From: Gaiellales bacterium | Lineage (GTDB): Bacteria; Actinomycetota; Thermoleophilia; Gaiellales; JAICJC01 | NCBI GenBank assembly: GCA_045806525.1 | Contig: JBJMJD010000009.1 | Location: forward strand, 6,626-70,625 | DNA: 64,000 nucleotides | Direction of reading: 5' to 3' | Notes under the pieces: model-generated | The model's input: the letters and a program-made list of their open reading frames with translations, nothing else | What the model was told of the DNA's origin: nothing | Databases searched by the model: none | Shown: positions 61,269 through 64,000 of the stretch, piece after piece | How the letters are laid out: each line of letters begins with the position of its first letter | Position numbering within the stretch: the stretch's first letter is position 1 | Program-made: the position numbers and the translations under genes

Positions 61269-61841
61269 ATGTCAATCACTCTCTACTCAGCCGACATTTG
61301 CCCCTACTGCGTGCGCACCCGCCTGGTGCTGAACGGAAAGGGCATCGAGTACGACCTGGTGCAGGTCGACCTGCCCGACAAGCCGGCCTGGCTGCGCGAG
61401 CTGAACCCGCGCAACCGCGTGCCCGTGCTCGACGTCGACGGACAGGTGCTGTGGGAGTCAGAGGCGCTCAACGACTTCCTCGACGAGACGCACCCCGAGC
61501 CGGCCATGATGCCGTCCGACCCGATCGATCGTGCCTGTGTGCGGATGGTGCTGCGGCGATTCGAGGATCTCTCCGACGCGTTCTACGCCGCCCGCAGGGA
61601 AGAGGACGGGGCGATCGAGGCGCTGCACGCCGAGCTTCGGTGGGTGTCGTCACAGCTCGAGCAGAGCAGCTACCTGGTCGGCGAGAGCTACACGCTGGCC
61701 GAGCCGGGTGTCTGGCCGTGGATCACGCGCCTGCACCGGGTCGGAGTCGACATCGGTCAGTACCCGGCCATCGCTGCCTGGTGTGACCGCCTGGCGGAGC
61801 GGCCCGAGTACGCGGCCGAGCTCAGCCTGCTGGCCGCGTAG
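61269..61841 (+). CDS. Glutathione S-transferase / glutaredoxin-2-like protein (CPYC active site)
   Basis: 190 aa. Motifs LYSADICPYCVRTRLVL and RVPVLDVDGQVLWESEALNDFL, followed by a C-terminal GST helical domain. Confidence 0.8.
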   Translation: MSITLYSADICPYCVRTRLVLNGKGIEYDLVQVDLPDKPAWLRELNPRNRVPVLDVDGQVLWESEALNDFLDETHPEPAMMPSDPIDRACVRMVLRRFEDLSDAFYAARREEDGAIEALHAELRWVSSQLEQSSYLVGESYTLAEPGVWPWITRLHRVGVDIGQYPAIAAWCDRLAERPEYAAELSLLAA

Positions 61842-62532
61842 CGAACCGCGCGAAGCGTTCGGCCAGCGTGCGGCCCACCCGCTGGTGCGTCTCGAGGTGC
61901 GCGTCCAGCGACTCCAGGAACCGGTCGCGGGGATAGCCGTTCGTGGCCAGGTCGTCGCCGCCCATCTCCAGCCAGGTCAGCAGCACCGGCCGCGTCACCT
62001 CGATGTGGAACTGGGTGCCCCAGGCGGCGTCACCGACCCGCAGCGCCTGCAGCGAGACCGGGTTGGTCATCAGCTCCACGGCCCCGCTGCCGGGACGGCA
62101 GGCGTAGTAGTGCCACTGCATCGCCTGGAACCGCCGCGGGAGCTCGTCGAACAGTGCGTCGCCGGCGGCGGCGGGCGTCAGCTCCACCTCGTGCCAGCCG
62201 ATCTCGTGCGGCTCGCAGCGGTACACGGTGCCGCCCGCGGCCTCGGTCAGCACCTGCGCGCCCAGGCACAGGCCCATGTAAGGCGTGCGCCGCTCGAGCG
62301 CCTCGCGCACCAGCTCGATCTCCCGCGCCAGCCAGGGATGCTCGGCGGCCTGGTGCGTGTCGACCAGGCCGCCGCCCGCCACCACCGCCTCGAAACCGTC
62401 CAGCGACGCGGGCAGCTCGTCCCCGGCGTAGGGGTGCAGCGTGTCGACCGTGAACCCGTGCTGCTCGAGCGCATCCACGAACAGGCCGGCGGGATCGGTC
62501 GACTCGTTCTGGATATGCAGCGCCCTAGCCAC
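61822..62532 (-). CDS. Class-I glutamine amidotransferase-like protein
   Basis: 236 aa. Nucleophile elbow YMGLCLGAQVL and the downstream motif FHIE. Confidence 0.8.
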   Translation of the reverse strand: MARALHIQNESTDPAGLFVDALEQHGFTVDTLHPYAGDELPASLDGFEAVVAGGGLVDTHQAAEHPWLAREIELVREALERRTPYMGLCLGAQVLTEAAGGTVYRCEPHEIGWHEVELTPAAAGDALFDELPRRFQAMQWHYYACRPGSGAVELMTNPVSLQALRVGDAAWGTQFHIEVTRPVLLTWLEMGGDDLATNGYPRDRFLESLDAHLETHQRVGRTLAERFARFATRPAG

Positions 62533-63598
62533 GGAACTTCGCCGCCTCGCGGTACGCCTCCTGCTCGCGCCGGATCAGGTCGGGGTTGACGTCGCGCGCC
62601 ACCGCCAGCTCGTGCGCCAGCCACTGCACGGCGGGTGCCGTCGCCAGCAGCGCCTCGGCCGCGGCGGGAAGCGCATCCGCCGCCGGCGTCGGCACGTACC
62701 CAGCTGCGGCCATCCCCCGGTCGGGCGCCTGGCGGCCGACCACGGCACACCGCACACCGACCCGAGCGGACGCCTGCAGGACCATCTGGCCGAGCTCCCG
62801 GCGAGGGCCGGAGCGCCGTCGCTCGTGCTCGATCAGCACCAGCCCGGTGCGCTCGTCGCAGGCCGGCAGGTGGCCGTGCAGGAAGGTCTCGAGATCCCGC
62901 ATCGCCGTCGGGATGTGGGCCGCCTCCTCGATCTTGAGGGTCAGCTCGCGGGCCGCGATGCGGTCGGCGCCCGACCCGACCACGATCAGGTGGTCGCAGC
63001 CGTTCAGGGCTTCGGCCACGGCCGTGACGGAGCCGCGGTCGCTGACTCCGGCCGTGACCAGCCCCTCGACGACGCCGGGCGACGGCCTCGCGGCCAGGGC
63101 CAGGGTGGCGGCGATCGGCGAGGTGTAGCCGACCGTGTGACACCAGCTGCGGTCGACCATGGGCGTGACCAGCACGGCGTCAGCCTGCTCGGTGGCCTTG
63201 CTCTCGCCCCGCGCGGTGATCAGGGCGGTGCTCGACCCGGCGCGCCGAGCCGCCTCGAGCGCCTCGATCGTGGCCCAGGTGCCGCCTTCGTGGGAGATGC
63301 CAAGCACCGCTCCGCCCTGCTGTGGGTCGAGTGCCGCCTCGTACGCCTGCCGTGATCCGGCCGCTGTGCCCGCCTCGGTCAGGATCTCCGCCGCCGCCAT
63401 CGCCGCGTGCTCGCTGGTGCCGCAGCCGACCATGGTCAACGGGCCGTCCACCTTCAGCAGCAGCGCCAGCGCTGCCGTGTCGCTCGTGGTTGCGATCCGC
63501 TCGAGCAGCGCCGGCTGGGCCTCGATCATCTCCTGCATCACCCAGGGCGGGTGGGCGCGCAGCTCCGGGAAGTCGTCGGTGTGCCAGTCGTCGGTCAT
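62525..63598 (-). CDS. SIS-domain sugar-phosphate isomerase/deaminase (second GlmS-C-like paralog)
   Basis: 357 aa. Motifs MIEAQPALL, MVGCGTSEHAA, ISHEGGT, and a second SIS half LIVVGSGAD. Confidence 0.8.
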   Translation of the reverse strand: MTDDWHTDDFPELRAHPPWVMQEMIEAQPALLERIATTSDTAALALLLKVDGPLTMVGCGTSEHAAMAAAEILTEAGTAAGSRQAYEAALDPQQGGAVLGISHEGGTWATIEALEAARRAGSSTALITARGESKATEQADAVLVTPMVDRSWCHTVGYTSPIAATLALAARPSPGVVEGLVTAGVSDRGSVTAVAEALNGCDHLIVVGSGADRIAARELTLKIEEAAHIPTAMRDLETFLHGHLPACDERTGLVLIEHERRRSGPRRELGQMVLQASARVGVRCAVVGRQAPDRGMAAAGYVPTPAADALPAAAEALLATAPAVQWLAHELAVARDVNPDLIRREQEAYREAAKFRG

Positions 63599-63622
63599 GC
63601 GGCGCAGTCTATGCGCGCCCGG

Positions 63623-64000
63623 TCATCGTCCGGCGCCGGCCGCCAGCACCGTGACGCGACCGCGGCCGATCTCGACGTGGCCGCCGCGCTGGAGCTGGTG
63701 CAGTACGCGGTTCACCGTCAGCCGCGAGGTGCCTGCCAGACCGGCCAGATCGTCCTGCGTGAGCGGGATCGTGGCCCGTCCGGACGGTTCGCGGTACCGC
63801 TCGGCGAGCCCGTCCAGCATCAGACGCACGCGCCGCGGCGCCGGCGTGTAGAGCGCCTCGACCAGGCGCTCGGTCAGCTCGGCAACACGCTGCCCGAGCA
63901 GCTCCACCAGGAACACGTCGATCTCCCGGTAGCGGGCACGCAGGCGGTCGAGGTCGGTGCGGGACAGCGCATAGGTCTCGCTGGCCGAGATCGCCTCGAC
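63623..64000 (-). CDS. Crp/Fnr-family transcriptional regulator, C-terminal part (5' end outside window)
   Basis: The frame is open to the window edge. Product ...YALSRTDLDRLRARYREIDVFLVELLGQRV... with HTH LTQDDLAGLAGTSRLTVNRVLHQLQRGGHVEI. Confidence 0.7.
   Translation of the reverse strand, partial: VEAISASETYALSRTDLDRLRARYREIDVFLVELLGQRVAELTERLVEALYTPAPRRVRLMLDGLAERYREPSGRATIPLTQDDLAGLAGTSRLTVNRVLHQLQRGGHVEIGRGRVTVLAAGAGR

Noticed and set aside
1-64000. CRISPR arrays, tRNA/rRNA genes, prophage or classical defence systems (restriction-modification, toxin-antitoxin, Cas, abortive infection ATPase/nuclease pairs)
   Set aside because: I saw no regularly spaced direct repeats and no cloverleaf-like or rRNA-like AT/GC patterns. 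I also saw no nuclease/ATPase/methylase gene combinations. The only mobile-element signature is the RAYT unit at 42.8-43.7 kb.

Overview
64-kb, very GC-rich window. Hand-counted 60-nt lines give about 75% GC in typical genes. It is gene-dense with many 1-4 nt start/stop overlaps and looks like an actinobacterial chromosome segment. I support about 75 protein-coding genes and saw no rRNA, tRNA or CRISPR array. Layout: (i) 0-12 kb mixed metabolism: LysM transglycosylase, a tetR-Rieske-ACAD operon with a perfect 20-bp operator-like palindrome, xseAB, a UbiA prenyltransferase, and proline dehydrogenase plus aminotransferase. (ii) 12.3-25.4 kb amino-sugar/oligosaccharide utilisation cluster: ABC importer, ROK regulator, GH4 hydrolase, NodB deacetylase, SIS protein, two BadF-type kinases, and a DegT aminotransferase with a Gfo/Idh/MocA oxidoreductase. 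Two of its promoter regions share a cis element. (iii) 25-40 kb mixed: transporters, AlkA, a second GH4, tandem GNATs, copA-csoR with a CsoR-type operator, and a DDAH/M20 pair. (iv) 40.6-43.7 kb lower-GC patch: an APC permease broken by one in-frame TGA, and an IS200-like/RAYT Y1 transposase flanked by 38-bp inverted REP-like hairpin repeats. (v) 43.7-57.7 kb, the most interesting part: a bacterial microcompartment (BMC) locus. It has BMC-H, BMC-P and a divergent tandem BMC-T-like gene in one long minus-strand operon. The same operon carries a three-subunit N-methylglutamate-synthase-like set, a hydrolytic-type ALDH with an N-terminal extension, a Zn-ADH, an FGGY kinase, a TIM-barrel protein and a GAF/PucR regulator. 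A glutamine-synthetase-like ligase and a Cys/His protein are transcribed divergently. No canonical BMC signature enzyme, acylating ALDH or phosphotransacylase is present. (vi) 57.9-64 kb: lutABC, cupin, GST, GATase1, SIS and a Crp-family regulator. All functional calls come from motif recognition by eye; no database search was possible.
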